Shown piece after piece: positions 49,887-61,580 of a stretch of DNA of 64,000 bases (positions are counted from its first letter, which is position 1; each line of letters opens with the position of its first letter). The notes beneath the pieces were generated by a model. The model had not been told where the DNA came from, did no database searches, and worked only from the letters and a program-made list of their open reading frames with translations. This stretch comes from Octopus vulgaris (Eukaryota). The translations under genes and the position numbers were made by a program. The stretch covers positions 36,394,001 through 36,458,000 of the forward strand of contig OX597828.1 of assembly GCA_951406725.2 (NCBI GenBank), in the 5' to 3' direction.

Positions 49887-50505
49887 TGCAGGAGTGGCTG
49901 TGTGGTAAGTAGCTTGTTTACCAACCACATGGTTCCGGGTTATCCCACTGCGTGGCACCTTGGACAAGTGTCTTCTACTATAGCCTTGGGTCGGCCAAAG
50001 CCTTGTGGGTGGATTTGGTGGATGGAAACTGAAAGAAGCCGTCGTATATATGTATATATATATGTGTGTGTGTGTTTGTGCCTCCAACATCACTTGACAA
50101 CCGATGCTAGTGTGTTTATGTCCCTGTAACTTAGTGGTTCGGCAAAAGAGACCAATAGAATAAATAAAGGTGGCAAGCTAGCAGAAATGTTAGCACACCG
50201 GGTGAAATGCTTAGCGGTATTTCGTCTGCCGCTACGTTCTGAGTTCAAATTCCGCCGAGGTCGACTTTACCTTTCATCCTTTTGGGGTCGATTAAATAAG
50301 GACCAGTTACGCACTGGGGTCAATGTAATCGACTTAATCCGTTTGTCTGTCCTTGTTTGTCCCCTCTGTGTTTAGCCCCTTGTGGGCAGTAAAGAAATAA
50401 GAATAAATATTAGGTTTACAAGGAATAAGTCCTGGGGGCGATTTGTTTGACTAAAGGCGGTGCTCTAGCATGGCCACAGTGAAATGACTAAAACAAGTAA
50501 AAATA
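49887..50505 (+). mobile_element. family C SINE interrupted by a nested family B SINE (about 50167-50399)
   Basis: The family C sequence stops at AGAATAAATA and resumes after a second AGAATAAATA, with a full family B copy between them. Confidence 0.85.
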
Positions 50506-51692
50506 GAATATTTTATAAACCTTGTACATTTTGTAAAATAACTAAAATCAGTTAACCTGATTTATCACTGAATCAATTTTGAAACCAGAATCAAATAAGG
50601 CTAATTGGATGGACTTGGACATGTTGGGTCCTGTCAAGCTATCCAGCCCATGACAATGTGGAAGATGGAGATTAAAATATTGTGATGATGATGTTGATAT
50701 ATGTGTGTGTGTCTGTACCCTCACAAGGCTTTAGTTGGCCCAGGGCAATGGTAGATGATACCTGCTCATGTGTCACTCATTGGGACTGAATGTTAAACCG
50801 TGTGGTTGGGAAATGAACTTCTTAACTACCTAGTCATACCTGCACCTATAGTATCAGGAAATACTAACTAAAACAAAATAGTTATTGTACAGGAAGGGTT
50901 AAACAAAATAGGCTTGTATCAATGAGTAATGTCTGTGTAAACATTTGTAATTTGTTTCAAAGAGAATCTGTGGCCGTAACTTCTTAGGTGCTAGGATTAC
51001 AGACTGAAAGGTCAAGTGGTTACATTTTGCTAGAGTCATAGTGTTGCAACCTTTTCTTTTTATGCATTACATATTAATCTTTCTGCTGCATTCAATTGAG
51101 CAGAAAATTCATGCAATTCTCATTTCACAGACAAGTGGATTATGGTTGCCAAGAGATATGCCGTGGTGTAAAAATTTTTGTGAAAATATCCAAATTTGCA
51201 AGTACAAAATCTACAAATCTCAAGTATCATTACAAATATTGTCTTTATAAAAACAGGTACAAACCTTGATGTATGATTCAATGAATGGTATTCTAAAAGG
51301 TCAGCATTTGTCGAAGTGTTAAAGGTCAAATTAGTAAACCCTTTAACACTCTCATACCAGCATAGAAAAACTCAATCAGCTGCAATTGAATAAGATGACA
51401 ACTCTTTAGACCAGGAAAGAAGCCAGTTTTTTTATTATTTCTGTGCATTTAGAACATCTGTGTGTTTATTCTTTGAAATTTATGTAAATAGTGAGGTCTC
51501 TAGGTTTCAGATGATAGTGTGTAGTAAGTAGTAATGCCATAACACAGTGGTCCCCAGATTTTTGCACCACAGACAGGTTTCATGCAAGGCACTTTTTCCA
51601 TGGACTAGGGGATTAGACGCATACAAAATGAAAAATATATATATATATATACAAAGTACGTAATATATAATTTAATTTTTAAAAAAAGTAAA

Positions 51693-52010
51693 GACCCCTT
51701 TTAGTCATGAATGACTATGGGATTGCAACTGGAATGTTTCACTCCAAGGCACAAATCCAGGCAAGGTTGCCTTTTATAGAAGACCAGCAGTCGTCCATGC
51801 ATACCAGCCTCTCATCATGCCAACAATGTTATCCAAGGCAAAGGCTGATATAGTTTGGTACCGGTGACATTGCAACTCATTTCTACAGCTGAGTGAACTG
51901 AGTAACATAAAGTAAAGTGTCTTACTCAAGAACACGACACACACTCCAGTCTAGGAATTGAACTCACTACCTCATGAGTGTGAGCCCGACACTCTAACCA
52001 CTGAGCCATG
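51693..52010 (-). mobile_element. SINE family A, diverged copy
   Basis: Homologous to 1-321 in the same orientation. Confidence 0.8.
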
Positions 52011-52565
52011 TGGATTTGTATTAGTTATGTAATTTAATTATTGTATATATGATACAAATGTAATTGTGACATTGTATATTATATACTTTATTTCTACAAT
52101 TACACACCTCAAAATTATGAAATGGTATGAAATGATTCATGGTCCAGTGGCCTCTATCCTAATGGATCTTGTCATGAACATTTGTAATGATTTGCTCCTT
52201 GGATATTTCTTTCAGAACAACACAATCATCTTTCTAAAGGATACCATTTTCCAGAGTTATTCTATGTTTAAAATGCTTGCAGGATTTTACATCTTTGAAG
52301 CAGCATCTCCAGGCATTCTTTTACATTCTATGAATGATTTTGCTCAGCATCAGATCACATAATATTTTTGACAATAAAAGAATGAGACTTCGATATAGGA
52401 GAAGTAGAGGATTATTTTATATGTTATAATTTAGAAGAAACAGTGAAAGGTTGTCATTGTAGTATTCCTGCATTCACAACATCTACACACATACTCATTC
52501 AAACATGTATATTTACATACACACACATACAAATATGTGTGTACGTACTCATACATACACATATC

Positions 52566-52636
<71 letters not shown>

Positions 52637-52881
52637 GTATGTATGTATGCAACCTCATCCTCATATACACATAGTTACTTACATGCAAACATGTAACACC
52701 ATCATCATCGATTAATGTCTGTTTTCCATGCTGGCATGGGTTGGATGGTTTGACCAAGGTCTGGAGAGCCAGAGGCTGCACCAGGCTCAAATATGGTCTG
52801 GCAGAGTTTCGACAGCTAGATGCCCTTCCTAACGTCATATATATTTAGTTATTTATACATGTAAGTGTGTGTGTGTGCGTG

Positions 52882-52917
<36 letters not shown>

Positions 52918-53298
52918 GATATTTGCACTCCCTCACACACATATATGTATATAATGACAACCTTTTACTGTTTGTTCTAAATTATAACGTGTGTGTGTAT
53001 GTATATATAAATATATATATACCTATACACGGGGCTGGCTTGTGGTACTGGCAACTTCGGCAGTCGCCCAGGACACCATATGCTTTTTAGTCTATATTTT
53101 CAGTTTTTCTCCTTATGAAAGTTTTAAAAAATTATACTTGTAAGGACGCCGATGTTCAGCTTGCCTAGGGCACCAGCAACCCTAGGGTTGGCTCTCTCTC
53201 CCTCTCTCTCTCTCTATATATATATATAATATACACTATTAAGCTTAAAACACTTTTCCTTTTCTTATTGCTTCAGAAACTAATCAATTGATGGACAT

Positions 53299-53480
53299 AT
53301 GAACTCCTTCAAATCAGGCTTAATAACTACTTCAGCACTTCCAGCCTCTGACTATGAAAGAGATGCTGGTTACCAGCAGTACATTCCACCCCAGCACAAC
53401 AACATTAAAGTAGAAATGGGCTCCAATAAGTCAGAAGAAGAAGAAAGCAGTGCTTCGGATTCAGGCTCTGGAAATTCCAG
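53299..53480 (+). CDS. CHD1: CHD1/CHD2-family chromodomain helicase, first coding exon (exon starts at 53277)
   Basis: Acceptor TTTTCTTATTGCTTCAG|53277, in-frame TAA before ATG 53299, MNSFK...NKSEEEESSASDSGSGNS, donor AG|GTAAGA (phase 2). The phase matches the next exon. Confidence 0.8.
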
Positions 53481-53797
53481 GTAAGATTTAGTCCATTTCT
53501 TTTTTCATTTTTAACATCTTCAGCTGATGGCAGCATTTATTCTGAATGTAAGGTTCTGTTGTTAATAATTTGAAAGGCCTTTCAAAACCACAGTTACTGT
53601 CTTTGATATAATTGTGTAAAGAAGTTTGCTTTGCAACTGAGTGGTCCTTGGTTTTAATCACTGAGCAATGCATGGGGCAAATGTTTTATACTTTATGGCC
53701 TTGTATTGACAAAAGCCTTATAAAAAGGGGACTGCAGAAACCCATTTTCCATGTATATATATATATATATATATATATATGTTTGTTAATATTTAGC

Positions 53798-53910
53798 AGA
53801 AGCAACAGAGTGGCTCAAGGTCCAAGAGATTTATGCATTGGCCCTTACCGAACTAGTTAATAAGTACCAATGCATGAAACTCTTGGACTTTGAATCACTC
53901 TGTTACTTCT
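53798..53910. repeat. hairpin of the same repeat that bounds 28822-29159
   Basis: AGAAGCAACAGAGTGGCTCAAGGTCCAAGAGATTTATGCATTGG mirrors CCAATGCATGAAACTCTTGGACTTTGAATCACTCTGTTACTTCT. Confidence 0.85.
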
Positions 53911-54610
53911 AAATATTAATAAAAATATGCATATATACTCATATTTTGAGTTTCCATGCTGGCATGGGTTGGACGGTTTGACTGAGGTCTGGAGAGTCTG
54001 ATCTGGCAAGGTTTCTACAGCTAACGCCAACCACTTTGAGAGTGTAGTGGGTGCTTTTTACACGCCACTGGCACTGGAGCCAGTCAGGTGGGCCTGGCAT
54101 ATATATATATATATGTGTGTGTGTGTACTTCATTATTAAAGCTGCAAAAGCATCACAAAAATCTGTTATTCAGAGGTTCATGTTCCTGTTTGTTGGACAG
54201 TTTTGATGCTTACTCTGGTGTGTGTGTGTATATATATAGGTAAAAGATTTGCATATCTGCAAAAAAATGCATTTGAAAAAGAAATTACCTTACACATACA
54301 CTACTTTCTTGTAAACCGTGATTGTCCTGTTGAAAAGCTGTAATGATGCCAAAGGACAAAAGGCAAAAACTGGCTTCAGCCTGATAAGTTTAGCATCACA
54401 AGCTAATAAAAATGCTGTTCTCTTGCTGCTTATTGTTCTGAGTGTAACATATTTCCAGAATACCTGTTTAGAGTTTTAAACTGGGAAAGCAACAAGTGTT
54501 ACTTCAAGAGATACAGCACAGTAACTGTAGGCTGACTGTTCATCATATCAATGTATTGTGTCTCTCTTCTCAGAATAGTTATAGAGCATCACAGACGTTA
54601 GTTTATTATG

Positions 54611-55001
54611 GGTGGAGGCGCAATGGCCCAGTGGTTTGGGCAGCGGACTCGCGGTCATAGGATCGCGGTTTCGATTCCCAGACCGGGTGTTGTGAGTGTT
54701 TATTGAGCGAAAACACCTAAAAGCTTCACAACACTCCGGCAGGGGATGGTGGTGATCCCTGCTGTACTCTTTCACCTCAACTTTCTCTCACTCTTACTTC
54801 CTGTTTCTGTTGTACCTGTATTTCAAGGGGCCGGCCTTGTCACTCTCTGTGTCACGCTGAATATCCCCGAGAACTACGTTAAGGGTGCACGTGTCTGTGG
54901 AGTGCTCAGCCACTTACACGTTAATTTCACGAGCAGGCTGTTCCGTTGATTCGGATCAACCAGAACCCTCATCGTCGTAACCGACGGAGTGCTTCCAAAA
55001 A
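54611..55001 (+). mobile_element. tRNA-derived SINE family E
   Basis: A box TGGCCCAGTGG, B box GGTTTCGATTCC, short A tail, TSD AGTTTATTATG. CpGs are retained, suggesting a young copy. Confidence 0.9.
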
Positions 55002-55882
55002 AGTTTATTATGTTAACAACTGTCAAAAAGAGAGCGCCTCATTAATTAGCAATTGAATTATATTGGGAAATGTTGAGAGGAGGTTATTTAAAAAAAATTT
55101 ATATGTATTCTGAACGTGGTTGATGCCAGGCCCCTTGCCAATGATGATGATGATCCATATTTATGAAAAAAAATTTAAGAATCTTTCTTCTTCCTTTCCT
55201 CTGTAAATTCTATTGCTAATTAATGACCTGCTCCTTTTTCAATAGTACACTGCTGGGGTTACAACACAATAAACTGATGTTTGTGCTATTCTATATCTCT
55301 CCTCATTGAATCGCCAATCTATAATTATTATAAGGTGGTAAAGTGGTAGAAATGTTAGCATGTCAGGCAAAATGCTTAGCAGTATTTCGTCTGTCTTTAC
55401 AGTCAGAGTTTAAATTCCACCAAGGTTAAAATTCTACAAAGGGTTGGTTTACTATTTGATTCTCCTGGTTAATGAAGTGAACGTTAGTAATATCATTATG
55501 TAGAATGATGTATTTTATGGTATCCAGCAAATTTGTCTACAACAATCCATCTACAGCAATTTACCTATGGATACAATTCATCTACAACCACACACATAAC
55601 ATACACATACAATCACAAGCATATACATACAACCACACACATACGCACATATACAACAACATACATACACACATATACAACCACACACGCACACCTACAA
55701 CCACACATTGTTGTAGACGAATTTACCTGAAACCATATTTTGTATAGATTAGTATACGGACACTTAAATTAGCTCAAGATCACTTACATACATGGACGAA
55801 GGGGTATTGTTTGGGTGTGCCTGTTAGGTGTGTACTTTACCTGTATCTGTTTTTGAATTCTGTCTTTTATATCTCTCCACAG

Positions 55883-56600
55883 TGGCTCTGATTCTGAATC
55901 AGAATCTAACTCTGGCAGCAGCTCTGACTCTGATTCCAGTTCAGCAGGCAGCAAAAACTCAGAAAATGAAACCAAAAACCATGATGCCTCAACTGGCACG
56001 GCACGTTCTGATTCTGAGAAATCTGCCAAGTCTGATGACGATGGCAATGCTGATGATGGAGATGATGATGACGACAATGGTGATGATGAAGATGATGACA
56101 ATGATAACAAAAGTAATAACAATGATGAGGACGAGGATGATGATAATGATAATAATGACGACGATGATGATGAGAAACATGATGAAAATGATGAGGAAGA
56201 GGAAACATCTGCTACCGCAGCTGCTACTGGAGTAGAGCAAATGGAAGAAGACGACGACGATGATGATGAAGATGATGACAACGATGGTGGTGGTGATGAT
56301 GATGATGATGATAACAACAATGATGATGAGGAAGATGAGAAAGTAGATGTTGATAATGATGGCAATGATGAAGATGAAGAAGGTGAGGAGGAGGATGATG
56401 AGGATAACAAAGCAGAAGCTGATTCCGATGAGAAAGACAACAGTGGTGATGAGAGTGACGATCGGAGCAATGACAACAGCAGCGAGGAGGACAACAGCGA
56501 TGACAACAGTTCAAATTCTGATTCCTACTCTCATGATACCAGCGGTTCTCCACAGCAACCTGCCCGGACAAAACGCAGTTCCAAGAAAGAATTAAAAGAT
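55883..56600 (+). CDS. CHD1: CHD1/CHD2-family exon encoding Ser-rich and long Asp/Glu-rich low-complexity region
   Basis: Acceptor TCTCTCCACAG|, phase 2 in (AG+T=Ser), open frame GSDSESESNSGSSSDSDSS...RTKRSSKKELKD, donor |GTGAGT (phase 0). Confidence 0.85.
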
Positions 56601-56752
56601 GTGAGTTTTTGACTATTTTTGTTTTCATTTTGAGTTCAAAACGCACAAAGAAAAGCTGATTGTATGAATGGACATATGAAAGTGTACTTCATTCTCTTTG
56701 TCTGTCTCTTCTTCTCTCTCCATATATATGTGTGTGAGTGTGTGGTGCCCCA

Positions 56753-56792
<40 letters not shown>

Positions 56793-56799
56793 AATTGAA

Positions 56800-57138
56800 C
56801 CAGCCAGGATCCCTGGTCTGGTGGTACGTAAAAAGCACTATCCGACTCGTGGCCGATGCCAGCGCCGCCTCGACTGGCTTCCGTGCCGGTGGCACGTAAA
56901 ATACACCAATCCGACCGTGGCCGTTGCCAGCCTCGCCTGGCACCTGTGCAGGTGGCACGTAAAAAGCACCCACTACACTCACGGAGTGGTTGGCGTTAGG
57001 AAGGGCATCCAGCTGTAGAAACATTGCCAGATAAGACTGGAGCCTGGTGCAGCCTTCTGGCTTCCCGGATCCCCGGTCGAACCGTCCAACCCATGCTAGC
57101 ATGGAGAACGGACGTTAAACGATGATGATGATGATGAT
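56800..57138 (+). mobile_element. family D element with internal direct repeats and (GAT)n tail
   Basis: Three GGTGG(C/T)ACGTAAAA repeats, then GGCGTTAGGAAGGGCATCCAGC, ending GGACGTTAAAC(GAT)n. Confidence 0.88.
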
Positions 57139-57176
57139 ATGTGATGCTCCAGCATGGCTGCTTTGATACATATATA

Positions 57177-57425
57177 TTGGGTTGGTGCATAATTATTGTG
57201 GCTTTTTTTCAACGAATTCTATTAAACAAAAACAATAACAATATTTAACAAAAACATCTTTAAATGATTATTCTGACCGTCTGCCAAGCAAATGGGAAGC
57301 AGTAATTGAGGTAGATGGTGAATGTGCTCCGGAATAATCATTTAAAGATGTCTTTGTTAAATGTTATTGTTTTTGTTGAATAAAATTTATTAAAAAAAAA
57401 CCGCAATAATTGTGTACCAACCCAA
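57177..57425. mobile_element. mariner-derived palindromic MITE
   Basis: TA-flanked, about 95-bp inverted arms starting TTGGGTTGGTGCATAATTATTG. The centre encodes RLPSKWEAVIEVDGECAPE*, resembling a mariner transposase C-terminus. Confidence 0.88.
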
Positions 57426-57441
57426 TATATAAATATGTGTG

Positions 57442-57493
<52 letters not shown>

Positions 57494-58074
57494 AAGTAAA
57501 GACATTGAGGAAATGAACATGTATGAGCAAGAAATTCAGAATAATGGTGGAATGAACGATCAATTTCAAATGAATAAACTGCCATATGTATTGAATATAT
57601 TTTCTCTTATTTGTACACCCAAATGTGTGTATTGTATAGATCTCTCTCTCTCTTTAGATGTGTGTGTGTGTATATGCAAACTTAGGTGATGAGGTAGGTA
57701 AAGATAAAAGAGTACTCTCTACTAAAAATGGAGTTATGTATTATATTTTACTACAAGCTGATATTTCACAAATTCTTACCCTGAATTTCTTGGAATAATG
57801 GGTTTTGAAGTGTCAATAGCATATAATAGCTATATCTGTCTGCCTCTCTGTATGTATGTGTGTGCATGAGAGTAAGAATATTCCTTCCATTGGTTTAGTG
57901 TTATTCTAGGAGCATATGTTGAAGAAACATGATTTTGTTCTTCGGGTAAATAGTTAATTAATTTCCTCGAAGGAAAAAAAATAACGTAAAAATGTCTAAA
58001 TTTTTATATTTATCAATCCTTGGTTGTTACAAGAAAAAAAAAATGTAAATAAATAAAAGGGAATTTATGTAAAA

Positions 58075-58435
58075 TCGTGGCACTCCGTTGGTTATGATGA
58101 CATGGGTTCCAGTTGATCCAACCAACGGAACAGCCCGCTTGTGAAATCAATGTGCAAGTGGCTGACACGTGTACCCATAACGTAGTTCTCGGGGTGATTC
58201 AGCGTGACACAGAGTGTGTCAAGGCTAGCCTTTTGAAATACAGGTACAACAGAAACAGGAAGAAAGTTGTGGTGAAAGCGTACAGCAGGGTCCACCCCCA
58301 TCCCCTGCTGGAGCCTCGTGGTGCTTTACGTGTTTTTACTCAATAAACGTACACAACACCCAGTCTGGGAATCAAAACTGTGATCATATGACCGCGAGTC
58401 CGCTGCCCTAACCACTGGGCCATTGCACCTCCATG
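58075..58435 (-). mobile_element. SINE family E, inverted relative to 54611-55001
   Basis: Reverse-complement homolog, flanked by the direct repeat ATGTAAAAT. Confidence 0.88.
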
Positions 58436-59030
58436 ATGTAAAATATTACAAAAGAGAAAACCATTGAAAGAGGAACATGGAATGTAATTTATTTATTATA
58501 ACAATGTGAGTGTGGAAGTTGATATAGTTAACTTTTCTTTTCACTCTCATTTAATTTGAGTCACATTGCAGAGACTGAATTTTGTGTTGTAATCATCATC
58601 ATCGTTTAGCATCCGCTTTCCATGCTAGCATGGGTTGGACGGTGCTACTGGGTTCTGGGAAGCCAGAAGGCTGCACCAGGCCCAGTCTGATCTGGCAATG
58701 TTTCTACGGCTGGATGCCCTTCCTAACGCCAACCACTCCATGAGTGTAGTGGGTGCTTTAAGAAGCTTTATTATTTGATTTTGCATTGCTCCAGTCCCCT
58801 TGGTTGAAATGAGTACTAGCTCAGTGCTGGTCTAGCTCCTTTTTCTTCCAACTGTCACATCCTGGGTGTTTTACTGGGATGGGAGGGTGTCTTTGTTTGC
58901 TCAAAGCTATCTGGCATCCTAAAACAATTAGTGAAAGCATGTGCCAGGCTACCAAGTTGCCTTGATTTCAAGTGGCAACTGTAGTATATATATGCTATGC
59001 TAAGTGTGTGTATGTATACATATATATATA

Positions 59031-59078
<48 letters not shown>

Positions 59079-59162
59079 GAATTTACAAAAGAACAAAAGT
59101 GGAAGACGGGTGTGTAAACAGCAGGCAGATGTATTAGTTTAATGCTTGGGAAGTGAGAAAGT

Positions 59163-59198
59163 CTTTTACGTTTCGAGCCTACGCTCTTCGACAGAAAG
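59163..59198 (-). ncRNA. minimal hammerhead-like motif with variant core
   Basis: Minus strand CTTT-CTGTCGA-A-GAGC-GTAG-GCTC-GAAA-C-GTA/AAAG: stems I and II and a palindromic ACGT stem III. The core reads CUGUCGA instead of CUGANGA. Confidence 0.5.
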
Positions 59199-59281
59199 GA
59201 GCACAGAAATAAACTGGGAGAGAAAATAAAAATGGTTTAGTGGCTAGCAATCCGTCATGGCGATGTATGTGTGTGTGTGTG

Positions 59282-59325
<44 letters not shown>

Positions 59326-59701
59326 GTATAAATGTGTGTGAGTGTATGTGTATATATATGTATATATAAAAATATCGTGTACATTATGTGAATAACATAT
59401 AGTCTATTGACTGTTCTTTTTGTGCTAGGCCACTAGTAATAATAATTTCGATAATTCTTATTACCCTAATATTATTTATATATATATATATATATATGTA
59501 TGTATACACACACACACTCACATGTAGGTATTATCATCCATACTTTGGACCTATTGGAATCCTTACTGTTTCAAGACAGAATTATCCTCTCAGTTATGAA
59601 ATATAAAGATTCTTCTTTGTATATATTTTTTTCATCATTTCTTGCATTTGCAAGCTGGAAATTAATTTAGTTTACTTTTTATTTTTCTATACAATGTTTA
59701 G

Positions 59702-59785
59702 CTGTGGGAAAAAACTCCTGATTTATATGGTATTAGAAGATCAGGCAGAGCACGCAAAGAACCTACAAGATATACACAGACACGG
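59702..59785 (+). CDS. CHD1: CHD1/CHD2-family exon with the conserved N-terminal motif
   Basis: AG|LWEKTPDLYGIRRSGRARKEPTRYTQTR|GTGAGT, 84 bp, phase 0/0. It matches the recalled vertebrate CHD2 motif [21 protein letters not shown]. Confidence 0.9.
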
Positions 59786-60302
59786 GTGAGTGATTTCATT
59801 GTTTGTCAAGGTCTAATATACGATTATATATATATATATATATAATCATGGTAATGACTAGTCTATTGGATGTTGCTATGTATCGCTGGTCACAATGTGC
59901 TTCACATTGTTTTAGCCTTCAAAGGATGCTACCCCACTTGATAGGCAAGCAGGTCAATATTCTCCCTGGCTGGAAGACTATTCTGTTGCAGGGTTATCCA
60001 ATTAGCAGTTGAGTGAACTTGAGCGATGTGAAATTAAGACGTTTTGCTTGCAAACATAATATGTTGCCATGTCTAGAGATTGAACCCACGATCGAGCAAT
60101 TGCGAGTGTAACATCTTAACTACTATGCATATATAGTTCTATACATATGTCTGAGTATATATGTCTCTATGCATATTCTTGTTGTTGGGCCTTTTTGGAA
60201 TTTTCACTGTTTGACGATTTTGTCTTCAACAATCCCCCCTGCCTCCTGCTACCATTTGCTGCTCTGTCCCAGTGTCTGCAACGGAATCATTGTCATCTGT
60301 GG

Positions 60303-60517
60303 CAAGCTGGCACACCGGGCGAGATGCTTAGCGGTATTTCGTCTGCTGTTACGTTCTGAGTTCAAATTCCGCCAAGGTCGACTTTGCCTTTCATCCTTTC
60401 GGGATCGATAAATTAAGCACTAGTTACACACTGGGGTCGATGTAATCGACTTAATCTCTTTGTCTGTCCTTGTTTGTCCCCTCTATGTTTAGCCTCTTGT
60501 GGGCAGTAAAGAAATAA
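60303..60517 (+). mobile_element. SINE family B with 19-bp TSD
   Basis: GAATCATTGTCATCTGTGG is duplicated at 60284-60302 and 60518-60536. Confidence 0.9.
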
Positions 60518-61064
60518 GAATCATTGTCATCTGTGGTGTTGTCTGCAAACTTTTCAAGATGTGTCATGAGGCCAGGGATTGAAGGTACCAGAAAGTTTGT
60601 TGCGTGTTTTTTTTTTTTGCTATTGTATCAAACAAAGAATTTTGTTGGGTGCATTTTCAACATACATTTAGCCCATCCCAGTTCTAATGCCCACCTACTT
60701 ACATATCTACCCCCTCTATACCAGTGATGTCAGTAATTATAACATCTAATCTTTTGTTATTGCAACTTTCAGATTGTTTTATTTATTTATTGGCATTACT
60801 GTTAGTGCTGAGGGCGTGTGGCATAGTGGTTGCGCTCATGATTACAAGATCATGGTTTTGATTCCTGGATTGGGAGGTATGTTGTGTTCTTGAGCAAAAC
60901 ACTTCATTTTATATTGCTCCAGGCCACTCAACTTTAAATTGGTAACCTTCTGATCAGTGGGGAATGTTGTGGTTGTGTGATGACTTATAAGCCACGGAAA
61001 CTGGGTAACAAGTGCAGGAAACCCAGGACTGGAAGCAGTACTTCATTTTCCTCTATTTGTTTCT

Positions 61065-61385
61065 GTCATTAGAATGAGACCATGCTGGGGCACTTGAAGA
61101 ATTGACCTCAGTACTTTTTTTTTACCACTCCCTTTTGCCAAACTGCTAGGCTACAGGGACATGAACACACCAATACTGGTTGTGAAGTGGTAGTGGTGGA
61201 CAAACACAGACACACATATGTATGACAAGCTTCTTTCAGTTTCTGTCTGTCAAATACCCTCACAAAGTTGCGGTTGGCCCGAGGTTATAGTAGAAGACAC
61301 TTACCCAAAGGGCCATGCAGTGAGACTGAACCTGGAACCACATAGTTGGGAAGCAAGCTTCTTACCACACAGCTGCGCCTGTGCC
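61065..61385 (-). mobile_element. SINE family C, diverged
   Basis: Homologous to 8996-9417. Confidence 0.75.
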
Positions 61386-61515
61386 TACTTACGGTCTTAC
61401 TGTTAGTGAGACTTAGGGATGGCAGCGAAAGCAAGTCGAAAACTCACCAGAAACTGTCTTTACTTTTGGTTTAAACTTGTGTACACTCCTTAACAGTTTT
61501 GCTTTTCTGTTATAG

Positions 61516-61580
61516 AACACTGACAGTGATGAAGGAAGCAGCGATAACAAGCGGAGGAAAAAACGTTCACGGCGCAAAGA
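61516..61580 (+). CDS. CHD1: CHD1/CHD2-family exon with basic NLS-like stretch
   Basis: TTTTCTGTTATAG|NTDSDEGSSDNKRRKKRSRRK(E)|GTAAGG, phase 0 in and phase 2 out. Confidence 0.85.

Noticed and set aside
55784-56506. 240-aa Ser-rich minus-strand ORF
   Set aside because: Antisense shadow of the + strand acidic CHD exon, which has proper splice sites and phases.
56820-56970. Three spaced GGTGG(C/T)ACGTAAAA repeats resembling a CRISPR-like array
   Set aside because: Internal tandem duplications of a eukaryotic retro-element with mutually related spacers and no cas genes.
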